DNA of 64,000 nt from Dimorphilus gyrociliatus (taxonomy: Eukaryota > Animalia > Annelida), in contig CAJFCJ010000002.1 in assembly GCA_904063045.1 (NCBI GenBank), positions 1,054,001-1,118,000 of the forward strand, in the 5' to 3' direction. The notes beneath the pieces were generated by a model. It did no database searches, was not told the DNA's origin, and worked only from the letters and a program-made list of their open reading frames with translations. The translations under genes and the position numbers were made by a program. This document shows positions 13,302 through 26,295 of the stretch, piece by piece. Numbering within the stretch: the first letter of the stretch is position 1; every line of letters starts with the position of its first letter.

Positions 13302-13975
13302 ATGAGTCTGGTAGAAGGCAAGCATAGAATAACGCTAACGATTAAGGATAAGGATAATTCATCATTTAAAGGCCTACTTTTTATCACTAATTCATCAGAG
13401 AATTCAACACCTCTGCCCACTCCTTATGATCAAATTGGTGCATCGGTAGGATATTTCATATTCTAAACTAAGTGAAAGTAATAGGGAGTTTTAAGTCGGA
13501 AAGGGCGGGATTTAATATATTATTAATATGCAATTATAAACAATTTATTTCTCCTCTACAGTCATACGTAATTGCTGTTGTACTTGTATATGGTTTATCA
13601 ATTGTCATGCTCATTGCATCTCACATTAAAAGAAGGCATGATAAAGCCATGGAAGATAGGCAAATTGAAAAGTATATACAAGCGGTTCCGAATCTTAAAG
13701 AGAAATCGGCAAGGGACACTTATAGAAATCTAAAGAGATCTATTGTTCCAATAGTAGCAGTGGCTTTAGCCAGTTCGCCAACATTACCAAAAGGTACACG
13801 AAATAAATTTGCGAATTTGACTTTTACTCCTCTACCAAAATTTGTCATTCATCCTCCGGAAAGTGAACATCGAGGATCTCTAGACAGCGGGAAGTGTTCA
13901 CCTTCTATATCGTTATCCACAAAATCATTACTTCATGAAAATGAAGAGTGCATTGACGTAACCACTGTGGTCTAG
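13302..13975 (+). CDS. Single-pass type III membrane protein B, KCNE-like, 185 aa (exons 13302-13445, 13562-13975)
   Basis: MSLVEGKHRITLTIKDKDNSSFKGLLFITNSSENST...GAS|SYVIAVVLVYGLSIVMLIASHIKRRH. Phase-0 116-nt GT-AG intron. Homologous to gene A in the N-terminus, TM and post-TM helix. Confidence 0.75.
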
Positions 13976-14228
13976 TCGCGACATCTGCTGGCTTATATGT
14001 GCATTAAACTGACACCTGTAGTTTGACTTTTTAACTGAAAAGTTTGCATTATTTATACACTTTACAGATTCATACCAGCGGCTATGCAAGGGTGATTTTT
14101 AGATGAGTGAATTACTGATAATAGTTATCTGAAATGTTTAGTGTATGCGCGGGCGCATGGGAAGTCAACCAATGACGTCGGCGTCCGTTTAGCGTGCGTT
14201 TGCAGTCAAGAGACAGTCTGCAAACAGA

Positions 14229-17200
14229 ATGGAAGACTGCCGTTGGGCTCGTCATCAACCGACTCTTACCCACTTCTCTCCTTCTCTCCCATCTTGTTCT
14301 CTTCCGCAGATACCCAGACCACAGCAATATCCATTTGTCGTAAGTCTGTTACATATTTTATTATTGTTATACTATAGTTTCTGTGATATATGCATCCAAT
14401 TTATATCATACAAAGACAAGCGTATATTTTATATAACATACTAATATAAACTAAGGCTAATAGGTTGAATTCGAAATTTATTCAAACTTATATTCATGTT
14501 AATTATAGATTTTAAAAATACACAAATAGAAGGATTGCACACAAACGAAGCTCAAAACAGTTTAATTTTGCACTTGCCTGTATATCTGATTAAAATTTGA
14601 AATACGACACTTTAACTAGGCGACCAACGAAAACTGTTGGTCAATTTCAATCTCTTAATTAATCGTATCAGAGACCTGGATCATAAAGAATTACTAAAAA
14701 TTTTTTATCACTTTCCTGTAACGCTTCTCTTCCGCCAAAACAGTCTTTTCCTTTCGCAACGTTAAATATATTTATAGAAAAAAGGGAAAATCATTTAAAC
14801 GATTGAGAAAAACTTTAAAGTTTTAGTCAATTTATTTATCCTCTCCTTCGTACTGTCTAGTTAATATCTAAAAACAAAGGTAAAGTGTAGGGAAAGCGAT
14901 AACTCTCCGCAATTCTATTTACAAATGTATGTGCATATTATTAAGTTTAATGAAAAGATTCGAGAAAGTTTCATTGAAATGCTATGTCCAAATTTTTATC
15001 ATAAAGATAGCTAACGTAGCATGAATGTATTTATTACTTGTGTAATTGCTTAATCGGAACGAGTACAAGAACTCCGTTGCCAATTCCTATAAAATTCATA
15101 CATATAATTGAGAGGGTGCCAATTATGCGTTTGGTAGACGCCTTTATATTAAAGAAAGGACGTGCTGATGTTCATTGCCAGTTTATTGCTTGAGCAGCGT
15201 CTTTATACTTCGCATCGTTAACCTTCAAAGGCCTCAGAGCGCTGATGAACTTTGCTCGTTAATTACGCGGTCGTTTCTGGCTAGAAATTGACTCGAAACC
15301 GCATTAGAAACCCTCTCTATTGTAAGAGACGGCTGGTGGAGTTTGGGCATTGTGCCAAACATCAGCTGATTTTGCGTTTCATTCAGAATTTTTTCTAAAT
15401 CACTATTTCCCGCTCTTTAACTTGCCTAAATCAGTTTTCTTTGATTTATTGCAAAGCATCTTTGTTCTTGGGCAAATTTGGTGAAAAAAGATTGAGAATC
15501 ACTATGCCGTTTTCATGCCCGGTATGCTTTCGAGGTAAATTTTTGACTCCTCCCCCTTAGGATTTCCCTCTCATTCATTGGCTATTTGTGACTGAGTCAT
15601 AGGGAAAAGCCCATACAAGACAGATTACGCTAGGTGGCGCGGCTTTTTGTAAACTACGACGTTGAGAAGAGATTTTTTAAGGGAATTTACCAATTTAAGC
15701 TTTCAACTTCGATCAAAAAAATGATCAAGTAGTCGATGAAGAAGCAGGTCTCTTCAACCTTCTGGAATATTGTATAATATGCGAATAACAGCAGGCAGTA
15801 CGAGGAACTTTTCGTATGGTACGTGCTAGTAGATCTTGTAGTAAGCTAGATTGTTTGAGTTTAATCGCCGTATTTTTTTTATGTAATCAAGGCCCCATAG
15901 TTCTAATATCATTAAAATAGGTTGATTTATACACAAAACAATATTTTAAACATTTAGTTCTCCTCCATATACAATCTAAATACACGATTATTCTAACTGT
16001 ATACAGCATGCGCTCTAGCTACAGCTACGCAAGGTGAGAAAACATGGCGTCGTTCCAAAATTCGCACACTCAAAACTTGCAAACCAATTTTCAAGATCAG
16101 AGAAAATAATTTTGCTTTATCAACTCAGATTATAAAATAAATTTATTGATTTCGATCTCTTCAACTATTATAACTCTACACTCAATATAGAAGTACAACC
16201 AAACTGTATGCAGTATTCGTGTTATTTAATCCTACCTCAAAATGACCTACTTTTATCTACTTCAATGGGCAGACGAAAAGCGCGATTTTTCACTAACTTT
16301 AATTTAAAACAGTAAATCGCTTTTAAAAAAAAATTCAATTTATATCTAAAAACTTTAAGAGAAAAGGATATATTTTTATTTGGATTTAGGAAAGCAAGCA
16401 AAAAAGATCTTGGCCGTAGACTCGCTATCAAGCGATCGAAAAAAAAACAGAAGTTAACTCGTATTTAATTCACATCAGACAGTTTAGTAATGCGAAGCTG
16501 ACTTAGTTTAATTATACCTGTATTTTCCATTCTAAAATGTTACAGGATGAATATCACCCGTTCATCGAGGCTCTGTTGCCGCATGTTCGAACTTTTGCTT
16601 ACACGTGGTTCAACTTGCAAGCCTCTAAACGTAAGTACTTTAAGAAGCACGAAAAGCGTATGACGATGGACGAGGAACGTCGCGTGAAAGAAGAACTGGA
16701 ATCGGAAAAGGCCGATGTTAAACAAAAATGGGCTTCAAGACTTTTAGCGAAACTTAGGAAAGATATAAATCAAGAATGCAGAGAAGATTTTGTATTGAGT
16801 ATAACTGGTAAGAAGGCGCCAACGTGCGTACTCTCGAATCCTGATCAGAAGGGAAAGATGAGACGCATTGACTGCCTTCGCCAGGCTGATAAAGTTTGGA
16901 GGCTTGATCTAGTTATGGTCATATTATTCAAAGCGATACCTTTAGAATCTACTGATGGGGAACGATTAGAGAAATCTCCTCAATGTATTCATCCGACTCT
17001 TTGTGTTAATCCATATCATATCAGCGTGAGCGTTCGAGAGCTCGATCTGTATCTTGCTAACTTTATACACACATATGGTAACTTAAATAAGATTTTACTT
17101 TTCTACTCGATTCTCTATTCTAGTTTTCTTTTACTTTAGTTCCGCCTGGTTGCGGCAACTACGAACCACCGTCAGCGGATGATGCTCAAGACATGAAAGG

Positions 17201-18835
17201 TGAGATACTGTATGATTAATGATATTCACCTTTTGACTGATATACGAAAGTTTTTTTGAAACGTGTGCGTGTTTTTATTTAACGCTGGTTAACATTTACG
17301 TAATGGAGTGATGTAATTCTTTCAATTCAGTCTGCCTTAATGGCTTCTTTATTTGCGTTGCTGAAACAAGCTTTGTTACGTTGTATTTTTACAATTAATT
17401 CATAACTTAATTTCTAATCAGTACCTCGCAACTTGCATTCTGGTGTGTCGGGAAACAGCAGTATTGTGGCCACAGGCGTTTATTCGGCCAGAGAATTGAT
17501 GAGAGTAACAAGAAGTAAGCATACCCACAATTTATATTTCCTCTATTATATTTTTTAATTCATTAGGAACGATGCAAAATGATCAAAATGGTTCGATGGA
17601 AGAGAGTGCGTATTCATCGCCTTCCGGTACATACTATCAAATGCAACATGAAGATTTACTCACTGAAAAAGCTGATGGTCGACCTCTTAAACGTCGAAAG
17701 CATGATACAATATCATCGATATCAAGTGTAGAAGAGGACGATGGTGAAGAAAATTCCCCATTTGTCTATAACCCTTCTTGGTCCTCTCATGTATCTTCCC
17801 TGGGAGAAGGTAAATTAATTTTGCGTTTTAGCTTTGCTGTAATTAGAATTTCATACTGACAATTGATTATAATATAAAAAATGAGTGCATTATGGTGATA
17901 ATATGACAACAGGAGGTTTAGCAAAGGTCTCGTCTTCACGTACCGATTCACCAGCGAAGCATTCGCCTTCAGGTACACATTGGTTGTCGTAAAGGCTACT
18001 TTTGATAGTTACTTTGTCGGGCTTTCTATGTCGTCGTTAGTCTTCTGTTGAATCATGATTTTAAAAACAACAAATATTCCAGGTAACTCAGGATCAGCGG
18101 CAAACGACTCTACTTCAACATCGACCAGATATGGACAACCGGGCAGTGAAAGTTTATCAGACTTTGTTAGCCTTGTTTGTCAAGAGGCAAGCGGACAACA
18201 GGTTTGTAATATAGTAGATTGTTTTTCCCATGTTGCAAGAAATCAATTAACGCCGTAACGAGTTGATATTGTTGTTCTCGCGTCGACAGACGATCGTTAG
18301 AAGCCCAGCCAAACAACTTCCGCATCATTTCTTTCCATCTGGTATGGCTCCTCCACCTTCCCCTGCTAATATAGCACGACCGGTCGCTGTCATTCACACA
18401 TCAGATGGTAATAAAGTTCCAGCCACAACAGAAACAAGGTCACTGATGTCTTCGCCCTTTCACGTTGTTCGAAACGATCAGATGTTTTCACACATTCAGT
18501 CCTCGAATCCCTATTTGGGATATTCGGGATCCAGTGTCAGTCCTACAATTAGCGGTATTATTAGTCCTACTTCCTGGAGTCAACTGATGGCTTCGTCACC
18601 TGTGACTTCCAATAAATCAACTGCTAGAAATACTCCGACTGGGCCACCGCGTCTACTTATGACGCCAGGTGTTGAAAGTGATATAGATGCCAACATTCAA
18701 ATGATGAACCTAGCGCATACAACTCAAGACGATAATATTCTGCAAGAAGAAAGATTTCTGCATTTGATGCCTACCAATTCGCCCGAAGTAGAAAATGGTC
18801 ATGCAACGAACGAACAAGCGGCAAAGAGGAGTTGA
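14229..18835 (+). CDS. NFI: Nuclear factor I (CTF/NFI) transcription factor
   Basis: [26 protein letters not shown]...[39 protein letters not shown]-binding domain starts at the acceptor at 16546. Tentative phase-0 first exon 14229-14339 lies behind a CCAAT/CRE-like promoter. Ser/Pro-rich 3' exons run to TGA at 18835. Confidence 0.93.
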
Positions 18836-19155
18836 AGTTCTATGCAACCCACTTGCTATTTATAGAAATACAACATGAATCGGAAAAAAATGGTGCAAAC
18901 TTTTTCCTTATTTTCTTTCAGTTATCAGCCGTTTGCATACAGTATATTCGAAATATTCGATAAGAATAGATTTATAATAACTGGATAGTTTTCTTCTATT
19001 TATTTCTTCGTCTTGTCAAAAAAAATTCGTAGTCGTTGCCTGTGATATGTATTATAGCGTTATAAATCTATTATTTTTTAACATTCGTATATAATATTGA
19101 CTAATAAAAATATAATATGTAGCCCACTAGTTAAAGTAATACATTTATTAATACT

Positions 19156-21476
19156 TCATACAGTCACCCTTTGTTTGTCATGGGATCGATGATGAAAAAC
19201 AAATGAAATTGAATTTTTCCAAGCACTTTTTAATAAAGTATCTGTTACGCCTTTCTTGTCCGCGCAATGGTACCACTGTGACAAATCACTATTGCAGTCA
19301 CTTCCTTCAGGTGGTGGCTTTACTTGTATTTTATTAATACACCTAGTACATTTAAATTTATCGTGAGTATCACTAAGAGTATTCTCATCTAATCTGAATA
19401 GATGCTTAAGTTCTTCAACACTGAAATGTCTTGTAACATCTTCCTCTTTATCAACAACGCAAGAACTCAGGGCTTTTTTGTGCGCTTGTCTCTGAAGTAT
19501 TTTCTCTTCAATCGTTCCAGTGGCAATTAGACGATATATGAAGCATTCTTTCTTCTGTCCGTCACGCCAAATTCTCGCCATAGCTTGGTCATCATTTGCT
19601 GGATTCCAATCGGGATCAAACATAACTAATCTGTTAGCACCAATTAAATTTAAGCCACATCCTCCTGCTTTACTACTTAACATGAATATAAATTCTGGAT
19701 TGGCTGGATTGTTAAATTTGTCAACAATTTTAGCTCTCTTTTTTATTGACATTGTCCCATCTAGCCTAACATATAGATATTTCCTTTGCTTGCATAAACG
19801 TTCGAATAAATCCAGAGTCTGAGTATAGTTAGACACAAGAACTATCTTGTCAGAAGTTTCAGCTTTCATCATGGCTAACAAGTAGTCAAGGACAAGTAGT
19901 TTTCCCGATAAAACTGGTTGAACCAATTTTGTGTCATGATTGCCAAATAATTCCATTGTATTTTCAAAACCCTCACTGCCCTCTAAGCATTTTTCATATA
20001 TTAGATCTGGGTGATTGCATAATTTCTTCAGAGTTGTAATTGCTGAGAGAGATGAAACAGAAACTTTACCCTTTTTAATCTCACATTGAGCAGCTTTGGA
20101 GGAAACGAATTTTTTATACAGTGCTGTTTGCAGTGGTGTTAATTTGCAACACACAACTTGTTCAATTTTTACCGGTAAATATCTTGTCAGTAGTGCTTGT
20201 GTTCGTCTTATAATGCATTTACTGACCAATCCAGAGAGCTCTCTCAATTTTTCGTCTCCTTTCTTTCGATCATTTTCACTTGCGTCCGCATCACGACCGC
20301 GAAGTATTGGGGTTTCGAAAGCTTTCCTAAACTGAATGGCAGAACCTAATAAACCTTTATTTACGAAATTAAGGAGTGAAAAATATTCGAGGAGATCATT
20401 CTGAATGGGCGTCCCAGAGAGTAGGACTCTTCCTTTCGCTTGCAACTGTTCCAGGGCAGAGTAAGTTTGGTTTTCACAATTTTTCAAACGATGGCCTTCA
20501 TCACAAATAACTAAGCCAATTTCTGATTTATGCATAACTTCAGCATGAAGTCGAAAAGTTTCGTATGATATTATTAGTATTGGAGTCGAAGTTCTTGCCG
20601 AAGTCATGAAATTTTCTAGTTTATCATCAATTTCAGCCTTAGACCCTGAATCTATTGCAAGAGCCAAGACTTTGCTACCTAGCCATTTATTTATTTCATT
20701 ATACCAATTTTTTACTAAACTACTAGGCGCTACAACCATTGCTTTAGTAATTGACGGCCGTCCTTCCGGGCCTTGCTTCAGTAGTGTCCACATTAGAGTA
20801 ATACATTGAAGAGTTTTTCCAAGACCCATTTCATCGGCCATAATACAACCAAAGTAATTTTCTATTTGAATTCCAGTCACACAGTCATACATAAATTTCA
20901 CCCCTTCACGTTGATGAGGTCTTAAGACTTTCGTTAGATTAGGATCGACCACAATATGTACCAACTGATCGTTTGGTTGAGTTTTCATTTGATCGTGAGC
21001 AGATATTTCCGGGGGTGAATATAAGACAAGTGCACCCTCTTCATCAGGGTCGTATAAGGCACCTCGAGCACCTAACCGTCTTAGACCCAAAACTTTATTG
21101 GTTCTGGAACTTTGATAATTTGGCAGAGATAATTTGAAAGGCCGGCTGAGAATGTTTTCAATGGAATTTTCCTAAAAACAAAAGCTACATCACTTGTTAG
21201 TACAAAAAAGTATCTTACATGATCAGTATTTTCGACATTGTCAACAGTCGATTTCAGAGGTAGCCTATAAGGAGACAAAAAGTTCCGGTTATCATCGGAT
21301 GACAAATTTTCTTTCATTTTTTTTTTTGATCTCTTTCTTGGGTCCCAATCTTCATCAGTTGCATCTATCTGCTTTCTTTTATCTCCTGTAACTTTGCTAG
21401 GAGCCAAACTCCTCCTCTATAGTTTTTAGTATGAGCGATAATGAAAAGAATAAAAAAATATAAAAGAAATTACCAT
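19156..21476 (-). CDS. RAD54L: RAD54-like SWI2/SNF2 DNA translocase
   Basis: M|RRSLAPS N-terminus, [29 protein letters not shown] and [13 protein letters not shown] motifs. ATG at 21474-21476 is followed directly by an intron. Confidence 0.95.
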
Positions 21477-21777
21477 TTTTTTAAAAATTATGGGATTATT
21501 CGTCAAATTCAAAGAGGGATCTAAATTTTCATATTTCAATACCAAAAACAAAAGGGTGATATGGCTGAAGAAAGATTTTTAAAATAAGTAAGTTCAGGAT
21601 AGAACAATATCGTTCGTTCAACAACGGCGGACCGTTCTATGAATTTTTTTTCGTATTTAATTAAACTAATATAATTTCGTTCGTTCAAAGATCCTTATGC
21701 CACATTAAATACAAAATCTGAAATAATGCTCCACTTCTCTTTCGTATACGAAAATAACCAAAACTCAAACATCAATA

Positions 21778-23298
21778 ATGGATGATTCAATGGCGGGAAC
21801 AGAAAATAAAGTAAAGAGAAAATTAAGATTTTATAGTACTGAAAATGAAAAAGTTACAGAAAATATTGCCGATTCTTCGCAGGCAACATTTAGATATCTA
21901 ATTATTTTTAATGGAATAATTATTCTTTTTTCTACACTAACCTTAATAGCTGATCATTCTACAGGTAAATAATACCTTGCTTCAAAATTATAGTCTATAA
22001 CAATTGCATATGACAGATATTATTGTCAGCATTGAATACGGGATTGAAGGCCATTTTATTTGGGCTTCCTTGACGTTAACTTTTTTACTCGTTCCATCTG
22101 TTTTGGTACAAATATACTCGGCAAGATGCTACTCTACAACAAATGAAAATTCAAAAACAGATTTAGTTTGCATCCTCAGTCATGTATTTCAAATACAACC
22201 TTATGAAAGATACTGGCGGTTAGGAGTAGCCTTTGCTAAAGTTAAACAAGAAGAAGATTTAAACAATTGTATCCGACGACAAAGTGATCTCAGCAAAATC
22301 CGTCTTATTTCAGCATGTATTGGATCAGGTCCCCAATTGACTCTACAATTATTCATTATTTTACAGACAAATGATTGGACAAGGGTTACAGTCTGTTCAG
22401 CGATTTTTAGCGGTGTCTCTCTTATTTGGTCAATAGGCTCTCAATGGCACTGCTTCAGACAAGAAAATAGCACTGATTACTCTTTTCTCCTCAGAAGAAT
22501 AATATTTGTTATGGTTTATCAGACTGGATTTTTAACTTCAAGAATTCTTGCAATTATTTGTTTAGCTTTTATGCTTAAAGCATATGTATTCGCTGTTTTA
22601 GCTATACATGGTCTTTTTGTATTTTTTTGGATTTTGTTACAGAAAAAAGATATCTGCCCGATAAATGTTAAAGAAGTTTTTGATAAATTTGTAATAAGTT
22701 TGATTCATATGTTTATATTTTTCAACACGAAAGAAGGCTCAACTAGATTAAGAATGGTTGTATATTATGCTATAACGGGAGCTGAAAATTTTTTATTTGC
22801 CATCATCTGGTTCTTATACGATTCTCCAACACCATTGAATATCGCTCTTCTCTCTTTAACATTATCAACATTCTGTATTGGTAAGCATTTATGATTTGGC
22901 ATGGAAACATCTTAAGAGTCACTATCATTTTTACAGGTGTTCTGCTTTTGCTATTATTTTATCGATTTTGTCATCCTGGAGGACCTATTCGTTGCTCGTA
23001 CTCTTCCAGAAAAACTCTTACTATTCCACCCACTCCCGCAACGCCTATGCCGAACTCTTTTCAGCATTACAGTATTGACACATCGGCTTGTCTAGATTAC
23101 GCTGAACCCGAAACAAAGTTTAACTTAACTGAAATGATAATGAATGGAACAACAAGTTGTGAATCAAATAGTTTCATTTTTGGAAACGGCTGGAACGAAC
23201 AGGAGTGTGGCCGAATGATATCTTTGACTCCTAAAGAAACTTCAGGCGATCGGCTGGAAGATAGCTACTTAGGTCAACGTAAAGTTGAACATCAATAA
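21778..23298 (+). CDS. XKR: XK-related multipass membrane protein (putative phospholipid scramblase), 3 exons
   Basis: Multiple TM segments, motifs GSGPQLTLQL, SRILAI, IFFNTKEGSTRLR..YY and YRFCHP. Head-to-head with RAD54L. Confidence 0.85.
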
Positions 23299-23440
23299 TC
23301 TAGTTTATTAAACTAGTGTCATATTGTTTGAAGCACGAAATTTTATTCATTTTGAAAACCTATCATTTTTATTACGACCAAGAAATCTTCTGCTTTTCCA
23401 ACAACTGTAGCGAATAGATTCAAACTTTCATGTCAAAAAA

Positions 23441-26295
23441 TTATTGTGACAAAGAGCAATTTACCTTTGTAATAATACCGGCCCCGATGGTTTCTCCTTG
23501 GGATCGAAGAGTAAATCGACCAAGCTCAGATACTTCTTTAAATTCTTCCATTGGGGCACTACGGCTTATTTCAATTAAAACATCAGCTGTTTGTTGAGCA
23601 ACTAGAATTCTTGGCTTCTTCTTGATAGTTTCACCAGAAGACTGATTGACAATTTTATACAGCTTCTTAATGATGGCGGGTTCACACATTTCTTGAATAT
23701 GTAACTCAACCTTTAAAAATTAGTACGTTTTTAGTTTTGAAATAATATTTATAAAAATTTCTTACTGTAAAACCATTTGTAATGGGAACTTTTGTTGCAA
23801 ATACAACTATTCTTCCTTCAAAACAATTAGTACACTTCATAGGCCTCTCTGGAGACGAAAATGCATTTCCTTTATAAACTGCATTCAATTCTATTCCAGA
23901 CAAGGCTAAAATAACTAAATCGCCAGCAAATGCACAGGGTACGGCTTTATCGTTCAGTTGAATCTCCTTAACTACAGCAACGTCGTTGTTGGGTAAAAGT
24001 AATAATCGATTGTGGAGCTGAACACCTCCTGTGAAAATTCTTCCTTCTATCATAACGTTACTTCCAGAACCTTTAAAAGCATCTGATACAGTCATTCTGA
24101 ATGGTGCATCTATCTTTCGCTGGGGCGACGCAAAGCTATCAATTTGTTCAAGTAACGTTGGACCCTTATACCAAGACGCACATTCATCATTGTATCTTTC
24201 TGCTAAGTTATACCCATGATAACCAGAGACTGGTATAAAGCTTAAAGATTTTTCTTTTATGCCTGCTTTTGTGAAAAATGATTTCATTGTCTGCTGAATG
24301 TAGTTGAATCTCTCCTCGTTCCAATTTACCATATCCATTTTGTTTATGGCAACGATAATTTGTTGCACACCTATGGAACGTAAAAGCATACCATGCTCTC
24401 GAGTTTGTCCACTTCTTTCATAGCCGGCCTCAAATTCTCCAGGAGAAGCATCGACGGCCATAATGGCAGAGTCTGCTTGAGCAGTACCACTGATCATTTT
24501 GGGAATAAAATCTTTATGGCCAGGGGCATCTAAGATATTTACTATTTTATGATCTGTTTCAAAGGAAGCTCGAGCAATATCCATTGTTACACCTCTTTCT
24601 CTTTCATCTTCCAGCTCGTCTAATACGAAAGCGAGCCAAAAACTTTGCCGATTGGCCTTTGTCGCCTCCTGTTTTATTTTATGTAGCTGTTTGCTACTTA
24701 TTTGGCCCAGCTTTACAAGTAAATGTCCCATTAGCGTTGATTTTCCTGCGTCAACATGGCCACAAACGATAATATTGAGGGCCTCTTTCCCTTTCGAGCA
24801 CAATTTTCGTTTTTCATATTCAGCTTGTAAATCAAGTTTCTCTTTTTCTTGAGATTTACTATACATTTTATAGAAGCAAAGACTTAACCGTATAAACTAG
24901 TTATTAAATTAACAAATTACCGAGAAATTAATTTATTTGGTGTGCTCAAATGAGTCTTTTTCGGGAGAGGATTGGGAGAAGCTGACTCTCCAGAGGCTAA
25001 AGACATTTGTGATAATTTTTTTCTATTTTCGTCAGTAGATGAGACTGTTGCAACATTTCCTTTATCGTTTGGGCCTCTCTGTTTCTTTCCAGGGGGACGA
25101 TTGCTATTCGGTTTATTTTCCTTTTTTTTCTCTGTATTTGTCCGGTAAGCTGAAACATTGTTTTTATTTCGAAAAGCTGCCTTTTGATGTCGATGAACTA
25201 TATCATCCGGAGAGGGGTCAAGAAAATCAAAAGGCTGAATGCTATTGTGTAAAGGATGTGTATATAGGCGACTTTTATGATGACTGAATTTCGGAGCACC
25301 AAAAGCTTTTTCATGTGTTAATGCTACAGCAAAACTAGATGGTTCAGGGCAGCTCTGGGAAGTAATTTTATCTAAAGGATTAAGGACTGGACTCTTATCT
25401 ATTTTTTTAAAAAATAATGACTGAGATTGTTCTCGAGTATCAACAGAGAGAGATTGTTTTGATTCATTAATAGTACTTTCTGATTGGGACATTTGATTTT
25501 GTTTACAAGCTAGATTGGCAAGGGTTTTTCTTTTCACTTGTTGATTTTGTTGGACGGCTAAAGACGATAAAGAAAACTTTGCACGTTCTTACCTTACAAA
25601 CGCCATTTAAGCATCGGATATGAAAGGGGCCAGACGTTAGTATATAAATATGATTATAATTTATAAAATTCACCTGGTTTTTTTTCAGCATGGACGGCAC
25701 TTTGAGGTTCCAGTGCATTAGCCTTTTTGGAGAATAGTGAATTTAAAGCAGCGTTTGAATCGAAATTGTGTTCTATAGCAAGACTTATTAATTCTTCTCG
25801 GCTTTTGGAATTTTTTACCACAGCTTTCATATCTTCTAAACAAACGAACAGCGAATCTAGTTTTATAACAAATATGAAAATTAACTGATTGGCATGATAA
25901 GTCAAATTCGAACTTCTTACGTCGTTCAGCTGCAGTGAGATTAGATGGTATTGACCCTTCATTCATATCGGCCTCAAAAACACCCATTTCGTCTTCTTCG
26001 TTGTTTTCTTCTATTGATTCTTTCAGAAAAGTTCCAAAATTATGATTGGTTGAGCGACTTGGAGGGTATGTATATTTTTCCATCGTTCCAGGTGATACAC
26101 AAGAATCTTCAAAAGAAACTCCATAATCGTTATCCTCATCGAAACTACCAATACATTCTACAGATAACAAAACCAAAAACTTAAACGTGTTAAGATATTA
26201 AATTTTATTCAATTATCGCTCAATAAAAAAGTAAACATTTAAAATATCTCACCGTCAGATAATCGCATGTTTCGAACATTTCTATGCCGAGACAT
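23441..26295 (-). CDS. HBS1L: HBS1-like translational GTPase with Ski7-type motifs
   Basis: N-terminus MSRHRNVR, G-domain GHVDAGKST, ERERGVT, DAPGHKDF and NKMD, C-terminal GRFTLRSQGETIGAG. Internal exon carries PSSFAVAL and PFDFLDPSPDDIV. Confidence 0.93.
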
